This document shows, one piece after another, positions 38,193-48,389 of a DNA stretch of 64,000 bases (position 1 is the first letter of the stretch; every line of letters begins with the position of its first letter). A program made the translations under genes and the position numbers. Origin of the DNA: Candidatus Oxydemutatoraceae bacterium (GTDB taxonomy: Bacteria > Pseudomonadota > Gammaproteobacteria > Poriferisulfidales > Oxydemutatoraceae); contig OZ245010.1 in the NCBI GenBank assembly GCA_965223735.1, positions 916,924 through 980,923 of the forward strand, in the 5' to 3' direction. The notes beneath the pieces were generated by a model. It made no database searches and was not told the DNA's origin. It saw only the letters and a program-made list of their open reading frames with translations.

Positions 38193-40343
38193 TCAATTAC
38201 TAGCAAAAATGTTCGCAATACCATCAAGTGCGTTTTTCAGTTTCGGCACCAATTTGTCTCGCTCTTTCTTATTAAGCCACTTATTTTTTTCGCCTCCTTT
38301 ATGATCGTATGGATGAGAACTTGGCAATGTGTTTCTTCTCTCATGCAGGATTCGGAACACTTCTGCCTCAGACGGGTAAGTGATATCGAATGGAGTGCGT
38401 ACCGCAATAAGAGAACCATAGTTGACACGGTTTCCGCGCCTGTCTTCTGTTTTTGAATGTCCATTGAGTCCTTTTTGCTTGAGAAAATCAAAGAACTGGC
38501 AAACAACTAGATTATTGAAACTATCCTGGGACATTAGCCATTCAGAACGGGCACTTTCAAAGTGTGCTTTCGCTTCTATCAGAATTTGCAGTGCGTGTTC
38601 GTATTCTTCACCAAGCAGCTTATGCCAAATTGATGAGTGTTGGCAACCATAGCGCTCTACCAGAATATCCTTGATATAATCTTTCTCAGCTTTGTGGTGA
38701 CGTCGAATCACCCCAAGAGAACGCAGGGCGATTTTACAATGTCCAGGCAGGTTTCTCTGACGCAACTGAAGTGCATTAAGCGTAACTTCTCGACTTTGCA
38801 ATACACGCGCACCAGCCAACTGTTCCATCAGGTTGCCTTTTAACAGGGTAACAGCGTGCTTCTTAAATTCCTGATCGCTTAATCTGAATTCCTGATTACT
38901 TAATATTATCGGTGCAAGAAGGCTGCGACTGATCGAATAATGTTCCTTTGCAAACCGTTTACTAGTACGGGCAGGCCCTTCACATTTCATGAGGAAATGC
39001 CTCACGCCCCAGGATAAAGCCATACAATGTGATTTGTTTCCAGCATCCTTCCGTGCAATTGGGAGACCACGTCGTAATTCTTCTGGTCCAGCAAGTCGCG
39101 CAATAACATGCCAAAGTTCACCGCGAACGTAGGAATAAGGCACTCCTGTCTCCAAGTAATCAAGTGCTACTCTGGCAATAGTTCGCCGTCTTTCAAAATT
39201 GTTGAAGTAAGCGATAAATGCATCGATGTGTTCCGGATGCCGAGGCAATAACCTAAGAACAGTTTTAAGTAATTCCGTATCTTTCGGTGCCCGATACATC
39301 ACATACCGGAATCGCGTCTTGTCTTTGACCTTCTGTGGCCTGCCACCTATCGCGGGCGTGAGAATGCTACGAGCTTTCTTTGCCGTTATAAACGATTCTG
39401 CAGAATTTCGGTTAGCCCTTGGTGGAATACTTGGTAATGCTCCCATCGCATCTGCGACTGACTTCATCTCACGTATTTCGAACTTTTTCCCTTGCGGTAT
39501 TAGGCCACGTTCATGGCATTTTTGTTCCAAGAGGATTGTTGCTTCCCTGACTTCATTTTCTGTGCGCCCAAACAGTCGAATATCGTCAACATAGCGCAGA
39601 TATTGAAATGGTTGTTTTTGTAAACTAATGTCAATTGGCAGGAAGAAAGCTTCTGCAAGGAAGTTTGACGCGACGGGGCCTTGCGGTATTCCATGATCTT
39701 TCATGGTGCCTTTATTTTCAGCTGACCATTTTCGCAACCATTTTTTCGCAATATCTCTCGCAATATCTCTGGTCTCTGCGCCGACTTGTGACTCAACCTT
39801 CAGCAAAAGATCATGCGATATTGTGTCGTAGAATGCAGACAAATCGAAATGTGCGGACCACTTGTACTCGTTATTAAATACTTCAATGCATTTTTCCTGA
39901 AAGGCGTGATACGTTGTTTGCCAGTGTTCCACGAAGAAAATGGAGCCCTTCTGAGCCAATAATTTATTGCTGAATACCGTCTTTAATTCCACACCTTGTC
40001 TTTTTTTATGCAATTTTTTTGCGAACAGATTAGCGATTGCTTGGAGAAGTATCTGATCTTCAATCCCAAGAAGTGATAGAGGTCTTTGCAACCCAGATGG
40101 CTTGGGAATATATAATCGTGTCGCGTAAGTAGGTTCCCATGCCTTTGCTTTTAGGTCTTTATGAAGTTGCTTGATGTGCTCATCAAGAGCACTTTCGTAA
40201 ACCAAGTAGGATGGACGAAAAAACCGTTTATACTGGAGGTTCGTGCCTGTATTGATCCGTCGCCACGCCAGCTTCAGGTTTTGAGTCGATATCAGAGATT
40301 TCCATTCCATAAGTGTACTTCCGATTCTGTATGAGGCCATCAC
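38193..40343 (-). CDS. Abi/UG-type (defense-associated) reverse transcriptase with ~400-aa C-terminal helical extension
   Basis: RT motifs 1-2 (YIPKPSGLQRPLSL), A (FDLSAFYDTI), B' (GIPQGPVASNFL) and C (YLRYVDDIRLFG). 716 aa, AT-rich. The first ~10 codons overlap an IS481-like end, so the true start may be the internal Met at ~40310. Confidence 0.75.
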   Translation of the reverse strand: MMASYRIGSTLMEWKSLISTQNLKLAWRRINTGTNLQYKRFFRPSYLVYESALDEHIKQLHKDLKAKAWEPTYATRLYIPKPSGLQRPLSLLGIEDQILLQAIANLFAKKLHKKRQGVELKTVFSNKLLAQKGSIFFVEHWQTTYHAFQEKCIEVFNNEYKWSAHFDLSAFYDTISHDLLLKVESQVGAETRDIARDIAKKWLRKWSAENKGTMKDHGIPQGPVASNFLAEAFFLPIDISLQKQPFQYLRYVDDIRLFGRTENEVREATILLEQKCHERGLIPQGKKFEIREMKSVADAMGALPSIPPRANRNSAESFITAKKARSILTPAIGGRPQKVKDKTRFRYVMYRAPKDTELLKTVLRLLPRHPEHIDAFIAYFNNFERRRTIARVALDYLETGVPYSYVRGELWHVIARLAGPEELRRGLPIARKDAGNKSHCMALSWGVRHFLMKCEGPARTSKRFAKEHYSISRSLLAPIILSNQEFRLSDQEFKKHAVTLLKGNLMEQLAGARVLQSREVTLNALQLRQRNLPGHCKIALRSLGVIRRHHKAEKDYIKDILVERYGCQHSSIWHKLLGEEYEHALQILIEAKAHFESARSEWLMSQDSFNNLVVCQFFDFLKQKGLNGHSKTEDRRGNRVNYGSLIAVRTPFDITYPSEAEVFRILHERRNTLPSSHPYDHKGGEKNKWLNKKERDKLVPKLKNALDGIANIFASN

Positions 40344-40450
40344 ATATGGGACAAATGAGGCAGATGTTTGGCAAGCATTTGGCTGGATGTCAAATTGTCG
40401 AGTCCCCGGTGCGGGCGCCGGTCATTATAGCGAGCCAGATACGCCAGCAG
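40344..40450 (-). mobile_element. IS481-family 3'-end remnant (copy 3) abutting the RT start
   Basis: Reverse complement is ~90% identical to 24490..24590. Confidence 0.5.
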
Positions 40451-40504
40451 ACGGGTGTTGAACTCCCGCACATCGCCAGGTAACAGCTCTTCCTCGTAGT
40501 TCAC

Positions 40505-40753
40505 TCATTCTTCCTGTACCGTGCGATTGAACCGTCCGTTGAGGGCATTCATGTTCGGGCTGTGCGGGCAGGTGTGGCAATGACACCACCCCCGCGCTTT
40601 CGTGTAGTCGGGAAAAGCCCCTTGAAATTCGGCGCCGTTGTCACTGAGCACTGGTTCAATGTGTCCTGGAAATACCGTTCCAACCAGCGCCGCGAAGCGC
40701 GACGCGTGGTGGCTGTTGTGGCGCGACACTGCCATCGCAAAAACGGCCGACAT
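40505..40753 (-). pseudogene. rve integrase-core fragment (IS3/IS481-like transposase remnant)
   Basis: ..SDNGAEFQG...CHTCPHSPNMNALNGRFNRTVQEE rve C-terminal pattern with no N-terminus. Confidence 0.45.
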
Positions 40754-41196
40754 GATCGGTCGCCGTGAAAATGTAGCGATGGGTACGATCGATCAGTGTT
40801 CCACTTCAGGCGCACCACCGTATCAAACGCGATGCAGTGACCCGGATAGTCAGCACGGACCTCTTGCCCAGACGTTGCTTCTAGTAGCGACGCCGCGGCT
40901 TGATCTTCTCTTTTAGCATTAAGCAAACCGAGGCGGAACGCATCTTGTCTGGCGCCTCGCCAACGCAGTCATTGCGGTGCAGGTTGCAGCAACCAGTCAC
41001 ACGGCAACTGCTACACAACCGGGTCACCGATCATCGGCAATGGCCGGGGAAGCGGCGCACGACGACCGGCGCCGCAACCGTGTAGCTCCGATCCCGGCCG
41101 GGCATGGTTGGTGAGAGTTGGGATATCCCAATCCACTCCGTGCAGCCTCGATCCTGGCCGGGCATCCTTTGCACTAGCAGACCACAGCTACCGGCC

Positions 41197-41400
41197 GATC
41201 GCGCGATGATCAATGTCGCGACGACCTGGCGGATCTGGCAGTGACGGCGTCACCGGCCGATCGCGCGATGACCGATGTCGCGACGACTTGGCGGATCTGG
41301 CGGTGATGGCGTCACCGGCCGACCACGCGATGATCAATGTCGCGACGACCTGGCGGATCTGGCAGTGACGGCGTCACCGGCCGATCGCGCGATGGCCGAT
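41197..41400. repeat. ~63-bp tandem repeat (about 3.3 copies) derived from the purD 3' terminus
   Basis: Unit caccggccgatcgcgcgatgatcaatgtcgcgacgacctggcggatctggcagtgacggcgt repeats head to tail. The first partial copy is the real purD C-terminus (..[11 protein letters not shown]). Confidence 0.75.
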
Positions 41401-42651
41401 GTCGCGGCGGCAGAACGCCCCCGGCCAACTGATTTCCCCACAAGCGCGATAGGCGCCGGATTGAGCACCAGCAACGGTATCCGCAAGCACCGTCACGCAC
41501 AGCACGCGCCCGCCCGCAGTCACCACTTCGTCGCCGCGCATCCGCGTCCCGGCATGAAACACCTTGACCGCATCGTCGCCGACAGCATCCAGCCCGGTGA
41601 TCACCTCGCCTTTTTCATAAGCCGCCGGATAGCCCCCGGCCGCCATCACGACGCCAAGCGCCGTCCGCTCGTCCCATTCGGCGCATGCGCCGTCGAGCCT
41701 GCCGGCCAGCGCCAAGCGACAAAGTTCGACCAAGTCTGAACGTAACCGCATCAAAATAGGCTGCGCTTCAGGATCCCCCAACCGGCAATTGAACTCGAGT
41801 ACCGACGGACGCCCGGCGCCGTCGATCATCAAGCCCGCGTAAAGAAACCCGACAAACGGCGCACCTTCCTGTCTCAGGCCGTCCACCGCGGGCTGCATCA
41901 CCTCGTCCAGCACGCGCCTCTGCAAAGCATCATCCAACACCGGCGCCGGTGAATACGCGCCCATGCCGCCGGTGTTCGGCCCGCGGTCGCCTTCATCCCT
42001 CGTCTTATAATCTTGCGAAGTCGCAAGCGGCAACACGTGTTCACCGTCAACCATGCAGATGAAACTTGCTTCTTCTCCCCGCAAAAACTCCTCGACCACA
42101 ATGCGCCTGCCGGCGTCTCCGAAATCGGCACCCGAAAGCATGCCACGCGCCGCGTCGATCGCCTGCGCACGAGTATCGGCAACCACCACGCCCTTGCCAG
42201 CCGCCAAACCGTCAGCTTTAACGACCACCGGTAGTTTGCAGGTTTCAAGATAAGGTAGCGCCGCGCTTTCGGCATCGAACACCCCGAAGTCCGCGGTCGG
42301 AATGCCGTGACGACGCATGAACGCTTTGCTGAACTCCTTGGACCATTCGAGTTTTGCCGCCGCGCGCGTCGGGCCGAACACAGCGAGATCGCGTTGCTGA
42401 AAATATTCGACGATGCCCTGCGCAAGCGGCGCTTCGGGGCCGACGAGCGTCAGGTCAACGCCCTGCCGCGACGCAAAATCCCGCAATGCATCAAAGTCGA
42501 GCACGTCGAGCTCAAGATTCTCGACCCCGTCTTCACCGGCGGTTCCGGCGTTCCCCGGCGCCACATACACCTGTTCGACCGACGGGCTTTGCGCGATCTT
42601 CCATGCGAGCGCGTGCTCCCTGCCGCCGGAACCGATGACAAGCACTTCCAT
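41374..42651 (-). CDS. purD: phosphoribosylamine--glycine ligase
   Basis: [19 protein letters not shown]-terminus. Confidence 0.9.
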   Translation of the reverse strand: MEVLVIGSGGREHALAWKIAQSPSVEQVYVAPGNAGTAGEDGVENLELDVLDFDALRDFASRQGVDLTLVGPEAPLAQGIVEYFQQRDLAVFGPTRAAAKLEWSKEFSKAFMRRHGIPTADFGVFDAESAALPYLETCKLPVVVKADGLAAGKGVVVADTRAQAIDAARGMLSGADFGDAGRRIVVEEFLRGEEASFICMVDGEHVLPLATSQDYKTRDEGDRGPNTGGMGAYSPAPVLDDALQRRVLDEVMQPAVDGLRQEGAPFVGFLYAGLMIDGAGRPSVLEFNCRLGDPEAQPILMRLRSDLVELCRLALAGRLDGACAEWDERTALGVVMAAGGYPAAYEKGEVITGLDAVGDDAVKVFHAGTRMRGDEVVTAGGRVLCVTVLADTVAGAQSGAYRACGEISWPGAFCRRDIGHRAIGR

Positions 42652-42662
42652 CGACGATCGCG

Positions 42663-44258
42663 TCAATGGCGAAAATGACGCACGCCGGTGAACACCATGG
42701 TGATACCGTGCTCGTCGGCGGCGGCGATCACCTTGTCGTCGTGCACCGAGCCACCGGGCTGGATCACCGCGGTCACACCCGCTTCAACAGCGGCATCAAT
42801 GCCGTCTCGGAAAGGAAAGAACGCATCGGAAGCCATCACCAACGGCTTGCCGGTAAAACCATGTTCACGCGATTTCTCAGCGGCGATTCGCACCGAATCA
42901 ACCCGGCTGGTTTGCCCGGCGCCGATGCCCGTGGTAACGGCGTCATGCGCGAAGACAATCGCGTTGGACTTGACCCATCTCACTACGCGCCAGGCAAACA
43001 GCAGATCCTCGAGTTCACTCTCCCGCGGCGGTTTTTTGGTGGCGACCGTCAGGTCTTTCGCGGTCACTTCATCGCAATCGCACGCCTGCACCAGTACGCC
43101 GCCGAGTACGCTGCGATACTCACAGCCGCCGCCCGATGATGCGGTGTAGGTGAGCACCCGCAACGCGGTTTTCTCGCCCAGAATTTTGAGTACGTCCTTC
43201 GCAACTTCGGGCACAATGACAACTTCCGCAAATTGCCTTGCAACGATCTCGCGCGCGGTTTGCGCGTCGAGCGCGCGATTGAACGCGACGATGCCGCCGA
43301 AAGCCGACGCCGGGTCAGCTTCAACGGCGCGGCGATAAGCCTGATCAGGCGAAGCCGCGCACGCCACGCCACAGGGGGTTGCGTGCTTGACGATCACACA
43401 GACCGGCGCGTCAAAACAGGCAGCACACTCACAGGCGGCGCTCGCATCGGCAATATTGTTATAAGACAGCGCCTTGCCCTGCAACTGCTCGGCGCCCGCG
43501 AGCCCGTCCCCACTGTCGGTGTAGAAAGCCGCGCGCTGGTGAGGATTCTCCCCGTAACGCAACACGGACACCCGCGCGAAAGACGGCTTGAGCGTCGCCG
43601 GCCAATCGCCGCCGGCAACAGCGGCCGGGGGATGCGCCGGCGGCCGGGCCGGTAATTGAACCGGCTGCTGCCCCAACCATTGACCGATGGCGACATCGTA
43701 CGCCGCCGTCCTTTGAAAAGCCCCGGCCGCAAGTTTCAACCGCAGTGTCCGCGATATGCCGCCGCCGTCGCGTATCTCGTGCATGATCATCTCGTAGTCC
43801 GCGGGGTCCACCACCACCGCGACGTGCTCGTGATTCTTGGACGCAGCACGGATCATCGCCGGGCCGCCGACGTCGATGTTCTCGACGCCTTCTTCAAAAG
43901 AGACACCGACCCTGCCCACCGTCCGTTCGAACGGATACAGGTTCACCACCAGCAGGTCAATCGGCTCGATGCCGTGTTCCAGCATCGCGGCACAATCCCG
44001 CTCGCCCCTGCCGAGCAATCCGCCGTGCACCTTCGGATGCAGGGTCTTGAGCCGCCCGTCCATGATCTCGGGAAATCTGGTGTAGTCCGAAACTTCGGCG
44101 ACGGCGATTTGGTGCTTGCGCAACAAGTGCGCGGTGCCGCCGGTGGACAGGATCTGCGTGCCGCGCGAGGTCAGGAATTGAGCCAGTTCGACTATCCCCG
44201 TCTTGTCCGACACGCTGAGCAACGCACGCCGGACTGGAAGTAAATCGCTTTCGCTCAT
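42663..44258 (-). CDS. purH: bifunctional AICAR transformylase/IMP cyclohydrolase
   Basis: ..ALLSVSDKTGIVELAQ.. MGS-like N-domain and a transformylase C-domain. 531 aa. Confidence 0.9.
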   Translation of the reverse strand: MSESDLLPVRRALLSVSDKTGIVELAQFLTSRGTQILSTGGTAHLLRKHQIAVAEVSDYTRFPEIMDGRLKTLHPKVHGGLLGRGERDCAAMLEHGIEPIDLLVVNLYPFERTVGRVGVSFEEGVENIDVGGPAMIRAASKNHEHVAVVVDPADYEMIMHEIRDGGGISRTLRLKLAAGAFQRTAAYDVAIGQWLGQQPVQLPARPPAHPPAAVAGGDWPATLKPSFARVSVLRYGENPHQRAAFYTDSGDGLAGAEQLQGKALSYNNIADASAACECAACFDAPVCVIVKHATPCGVACAASPDQAYRRAVEADPASAFGGIVAFNRALDAQTAREIVARQFAEVVIVPEVAKDVLKILGEKTALRVLTYTASSGGGCEYRSVLGGVLVQACDCDEVTAKDLTVATKKPPRESELEDLLFAWRVVRWVKSNAIVFAHDAVTTGIGAGQTSRVDSVRIAAEKSREHGFTGKPLVMASDAFFPFRDGIDAAVEAGVTAVIQPGGSVHDDKVIAAADEHGITMVFTGVRHFRH

Positions 44259-44301
44259 CGGGCAAACTTAAAACGCGATTATAGCCCGAACGCCGGGGTC
44301 A

Positions 44302-45210
44302 TCAAGGGCGTGCGGCGGGTTCAAGCTCCCTGAAAGGCTTGGCAAACAGACGAAATTCCTCTTCGCGCACCGATCCCTTGCGCCAGACAAACCCGATTTT
44401 ACGATAAGCATTGCCCGGCATATCACTCACTTCAACGCCGGTCTTCGCGAGCAGGCCGCCGGAGACGGCGATCCGGGGAACAAAAGTGATCCCGAGATCG
44501 CTGTTCACCATTTGCACCAACGTATGCAAACTGTTCGTCGTGTAGGGGCTGATCTTGCTGCCGTGCTTGAGCTTGCACGCCGACAGAGCGTGATCGCGCA
44601 GACAGTGACCGTCCTGAAGCAGCAAAATGCTGGCGTCTGGCAATTTTTTCTCGCTGTAACGGCCGGGATCGAACAGCTGAGTGCCGCGCTTGTACGCGAG
44701 CATGAAGTGATCGCGGAACAGCGGCAAAGTCACGGCATCCCTGAAATCAAACGGCAAGGCGACCAGGATCAGGTCGAGCGTCCCGTAGATCAGATCATCG
44801 TATATCTTCTGGGTCAGGTCTTCTTTGACCGACAATTTCAAGTCGGGGTAATTGCGCAGGATTTTTTTCAGCGCCTCGGCCAGCATAAAAGGTGCGATCG
44901 TCGGAATGACTCCGAGGCGCAAGCTGCCCGCAAGCGGCTTGCTCTTGCCGGCGATGACGTCCGTCATGTTTTCGGCCTCGGCCAAGAGCCTGCGCGCATA
45001 TTCCGCCACCTCCCGGCCGAGCGGCGTGAATACCACGCTTCTGCTCGAACGTTCGGCCAGTTTGACGCCGAGCGTTTCTTCGAGTTTCCTGAACGCGACG
45101 CTGAACGCCGACTGGGTGACGCAACATTCTTCAGCCGCCCTGCTGAAGTGCAGGTGCTTCTCAAGGCTGATCAAAAAACGCAACTGGCGCAGGGTCGGCA
45201 GTCTTTTCAT
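44302..45210 (-). CDS. LysR-family transcriptional regulator
   Basis: N-terminal HTH LRQLRFLISLEKHLHFSRAAEECCVTQSAFSVAFRKLE plus an LTTR effector domain. Confidence 0.8.
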   Translation of the reverse strand: MKRLPTLRQLRFLISLEKHLHFSRAAEECCVTQSAFSVAFRKLEETLGVKLAERSSRSVVFTPLGREVAEYARRLLAEAENMTDVIAGKSKPLAGSLRLGVIPTIAPFMLAEALKKILRNYPDLKLSVKEDLTQKIYDDLIYGTLDLILVALPFDFRDAVTLPLFRDHFMLAYKRGTQLFDPGRYSEKKLPDASILLLQDGHCLRDHALSACKLKHGSKISPYTTNSLHTLVQMVNSDLGITFVPRIAVSGGLLAKTGVEVSDMPGNAYRKIGFVWRKGSVREEEFRLFAKPFRELEPAARP

Positions 45211-45225
45211 AATTTATAAAAACTA

Positions 45226-45240
45226 TCAATTCTTTATTGA
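45226..45240. promoter_or_regulatory. candidate LysR-type T-N11-A box (TCAAT-N5-ATTGA) in the divergent lysR promoter region
   Basis: Perfect inverted repeat tcaat tcttt attga, 16 bp upstream of the lysR start and 100 bp upstream of the divergent gene. Confidence 0.35.
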
Positions 45241-45340
45241 CAATAGATTTTACAGAAAATAGTATCCGTTTTGCAAGGTCGGCGGCGACGATCCGAACGG
45301 CGGCACGGCAGCAGCACAGCGTCAAGGCAGGGGGGATCTT

Positions 45341-45850
45341 ATGAAAATCATCAGCGGCGGACAAAGCGGCGTGGATCGCGGCGCGCTCGACGCCGCACGC
45401 ACGCTTGGTCTTGATTACGGCGGCTGGTGCCCGCGCGGCGGCCTCGCCGAAGATCATCCCGCGCCACCCGGCCTGCTCGCGGACTATCCGGCGCTTGAGG
45501 AAACCCCCTCGTCCGACTACCTGCAACGCACCGAGTGGAACGTGCGCGACGCAACGGCCACCTTGATCATCGCGCCGAACGCGGAACGCGCCGGGAGCGA
45601 CGGCACCGGCTACACGCTGGACTGCATCCGGAAGCACCGCAAAGACCACTGCATCGTGTTGCTCGACGACCCCGACCACCGCCGCAAGGCGCTCGAATGG
45701 CTCGCGCGCCTGGATGACGACGCGATCCTGAACGTCGCGGGGCCGCGCGAAAGCAAAGCACCGGACATCGGCCGACAGACACGTGAACTGCTGTGCGACC
45801 TGCTGCGCAATTTGTCGGTGAGCGTGCCCGGCGGAACACCCGGCGGGTAG
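45341..45850 (+). CDS. putative molybdenum-cofactor carrier / SLOG-family protein
   Basis: IISGGQSGVDRGALDAA...GGWCPRG...QRTEWNVRDA pattern. Confidence 0.5.
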   Translation: MKIISGGQSGVDRGALDAARTLGLDYGGWCPRGGLAEDHPAPPGLLADYPALEETPSSDYLQRTEWNVRDATATLIIAPNAERAGSDGTGYTLDCIRKHRKDHCIVLLDDPDHRRKALEWLARLDDDAILNVAGPRESKAPDIGRQTRELLCDLLRNLSVSVPGGTPGG

Positions 45851-45924
<74 letters not shown>

Positions 45925-46165
45925 CCGAATAGGAACGCATAGTTTACCAGCCTCAAAGAGTTAAGTATCACCCTTCATTATCTTCGCCATCGCGCCCGTA
46001 AAGGCTTTGTCATGCTCAACTCGCCGAATTGTTCCCAGCCTTCCGCAATAAATTGTTGGGGGCCAAAATCCATTCGGATTGCAGACGGATCACACGGCGA
46101 GCCAGTCAGTACCTCACAAATCAGGCGTTCCAAGTTACGTTCAGAAATGTCAGCAGGCGATGGCG

Positions 46166-46694
46166 TTATGGGGGTTGCCAACCAAAACTTGCCTTCAGTT
46201 CTCGAAGCATTTCAAATGTACTGACACACGGAACGTGAAATTGTCTGCATACATTGGGCAACGAGATACATCTTTGGGCATCAGGCGTGTATGCTTCCTG
46301 TGTTACCACGGTATGCCCATACACCTTGGCATAAGCGGCAAGCCAACCATCCGCTTTATCAGCAAACTCTGCTTTTGCATCGTCTTTGAATTGTCCGTGC
46401 CCAATAACCCATCGCATTATTTGTTTAAAAACATCATTAACTTCCGGGGGATCGGTTGGTTGAAAAAATGAATCAGATAATGCCGCCCATGTTCTCAGAT
46501 TTTCAGCCACGTTCTCCGGTATGTTTCCCGCAAGGACCTCTCCACGAACCCTGTTGATACTTACCACTCGTTCAGTTTAGTGATAAAAAATCAAACATTC
46601 CCAAAAACCGGGGGCAGAGGTCAAACGCATAGTAACGACGGCACGCTTCTATAAAAACATTGGCATCAAGTACATAAATTGGCGCCTGGTTCAT
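46166..46694 (-). pseudogene. DUF4411-family (PIN-like) toxin-type gene, frameshifted
   Basis: N-terminus MNQAPIYVLDANVFIEACRRYYAFDLCP (DUF4411 start) from the ATG at 46694. Frame is lost at homopolymer runs (ccccc, ttttt) near 46575-46600. C-terminal part ..ADGWLAAYAKVYGHTVVTQE..LPNVCRQFHVPCVSTFEMLRELKASF lies in another frame (listed ORF 46166..46567). Confidence 0.55.
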
Positions 46695-46699
46695 TGTAT

Positions 46700-47848
46700 T
46701 TAAAGATTGATGCGCCGCGCAAACTCGTCAAAAGTTGCACCTTTCATTCCAGTCAAAGAATAAGCGTCCTGATAAAGCAATCTCCCCTCTTTTGTAGCGC
46801 GCACGATCGCGCTACCGAACCGACGCCCAACGCGCACATTCTGATTGTTCCAAAAATCCCCGCCGCTGCGCGTTTTCCGTCCTTTTTGCTGAATGTTGTC
46901 CCGGTATCCACGGTAGAACTCAATAAACTCCGTGCGGCTGATCAAACCAATATCCAGTAGTCTGCGAGCGATGACCAAAGAACTGACTTTGAATTGGCGG
47001 GCAAGAAATTGATATGCATTCCCACTCCGTTCAGCTTCTTGCCACAATTGATGCAACTTATCGGTCGGCACCAGAAATTCAGCTGCAACTTGGTCGCAAA
47101 ATCTTTCTTCAGCAGCTTCAGTCGGCAGCAAGTTGTCAAAATTGGACACTCCCTCTTGCCCAAGCCAGAGATGCGCCATCTCATGCGCAAACGTGAACAT
47201 CTGCGCGCCTTTGAAATCGGCATTGTTGATGAAGATCAGCGGCGCATAACTATCGCCCAAGGCAAAGCCTTGAAACTCTTCTACGTCCAGTTTTCGGCGT
47301 GTGTTGTTGCCCACCACACCATTGATCATGACCAGAATGCCTGCGTCTTCGGCGTCTTGACGCAGGCTTCGCAAGGCATCAGACCAAGACTCTTGTTGTC
47401 GCGCCCAACTATCGTCAACCCTCAAAACGGCACGCATGTCAACTGCCACTTGTTCCGGTTGGCTGTTCAAAGTGGCATTACCTACAAAACCCAGAGGATC
47501 TGCACCTTCCTCAACCAGATATTCCTTCATCCACGCTTGCCTGCGTTGCATTGTGTGCACTGTGTCCAGCAGATCAGGGCTTGGGCGTTGCAATGGAGCA
47601 TTGCCCACGGTGCGAAAATCAGGAATCGACAACCTGTCCTCAAGCGGTTCACGCAAGTACAAATAGCCCAACGGCGTGTGAGTATGATGAGCCAGATTTT
47701 CAACCTGCTTCACGCTCAACTCACCGCGTTGCTCCCACTCAAAAACACGCTTCGGCTTTACCCCCACTTTTTTGGCCAGATCCGCTTCACTCAGGTACGC
47801 GCGCGCTCGCGCCCATTTCAGTACAGACGGTTGCAGGGAAATATTCAT
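46700..47848 (-). CDS. XRE-family HTH fused to ImmA/IrrE-family metallopeptidase
   Basis: N-terminal HTH (..LAKKVGVKPKRVFEWE..) and HEXXH site FTFAHEMAHLWLG. Confidence 0.8.
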   Translation of the reverse strand: MNISLQPSVLKWARARAYLSEADLAKKVGVKPKRVFEWEQRGELSVKQVENLAHHTHTPLGYLYLREPLEDRLSIPDFRTVGNAPLQRPSPDLLDTVHTMQRRQAWMKEYLVEEGADPLGFVGNATLNSQPEQVAVDMRAVLRVDDSWARQQESWSDALRSLRQDAEDAGILVMINGVVGNNTRRKLDVEEFQGFALGDSYAPLIFINNADFKGAQMFTFAHEMAHLWLGQEGVSNFDNLLPTEAAEERFCDQVAAEFLVPTDKLHQLWQEAERSGNAYQFLARQFKVSSLVIARRLLDIGLISRTEFIEFYRGYRDNIQQKGRKTRSGGDFWNNQNVRVGRRFGSAIVRATKEGRLLYQDAYSLTGMKGATFDEFARRINL

Positions 47849-47875
47849 GGCACGGTCACTTTATTCCAGCAGAAC

Positions 47876-48376
47876 TCACGTTAGTGCGTCGCAAGAACCA
47901 GCCATATTTTCTGCGGCTGGCGCACCGCCCAGTTCATAAATAAACACCTGCACATCCGTCAGTTGCTCCATCGCAGATTCAATGCATAGCCTGACTTCAT
48001 CCCAGTCCAGGCCGCCCAATCCGCAACCCAAAGGCGGAATTGCGACTGAACGAATATCATTCACCCGAATGGTTCTGACCAAGTCCTTGAAGCCCGATTC
48101 AATATCGCTTATACGGGTCTTGCCACGCCAATGCCTTTTGGTGGGAAAGTTGATGATGTAATAAGGACAGGTCAACCAACCGGTTTCATACACGAACATT
48201 TGTCCGGGTTGAACTTTCTCCCGCCTGCAAGCCGTTGCATACGCTTTGAAGTTGTCCGGGTAAGATTTTTTGAACTGCAATGCAATGCCGCGCCCCATGA
48301 CGCCAACGCAATTGACTGTGTTCACAAGCGCCTCGGTATCGGCTTTGAGGATGTCACCAGTGGTTAATTCAAGCAT
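47876..48376 (-). CDS. macro-domain (ADP-ribose-binding/processing) protein
   Basis: DTEALVNTVNCVGVMGRGIALQF...SVAIPPLGCGLGGLD macro fold motifs. 166 aa. Confidence 0.75.
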   Translation of the reverse strand: MLELTTGDILKADTEALVNTVNCVGVMGRGIALQFKKSYPDNFKAYATACRREKVQPGQMFVYETGWLTCPYYIINFPTKRHWRGKTRISDIESGFKDLVRTIRVNDIRSVAIPPLGCGLGGLDWDEVRLCIESAMEQLTDVQVFIYELGGAPAAENMAGSCDALT

Positions 48377-48389
48377 GGATGCCTCTTGC

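Noticed and set aside
41197-41400. Possible CRISPR array (regular ~63-bp periodicity)
   Set aside because: Units are contiguous with no unique spacers, and they re-encode the purD C-terminus. Plain tandem duplication. No cas genes nearby.
45978-46181. 67-aa ORF between the tRNA and the DUF4411 remnant
   Set aside because: No recognisable motifs. Likely spurious or a further frameshifted tail.
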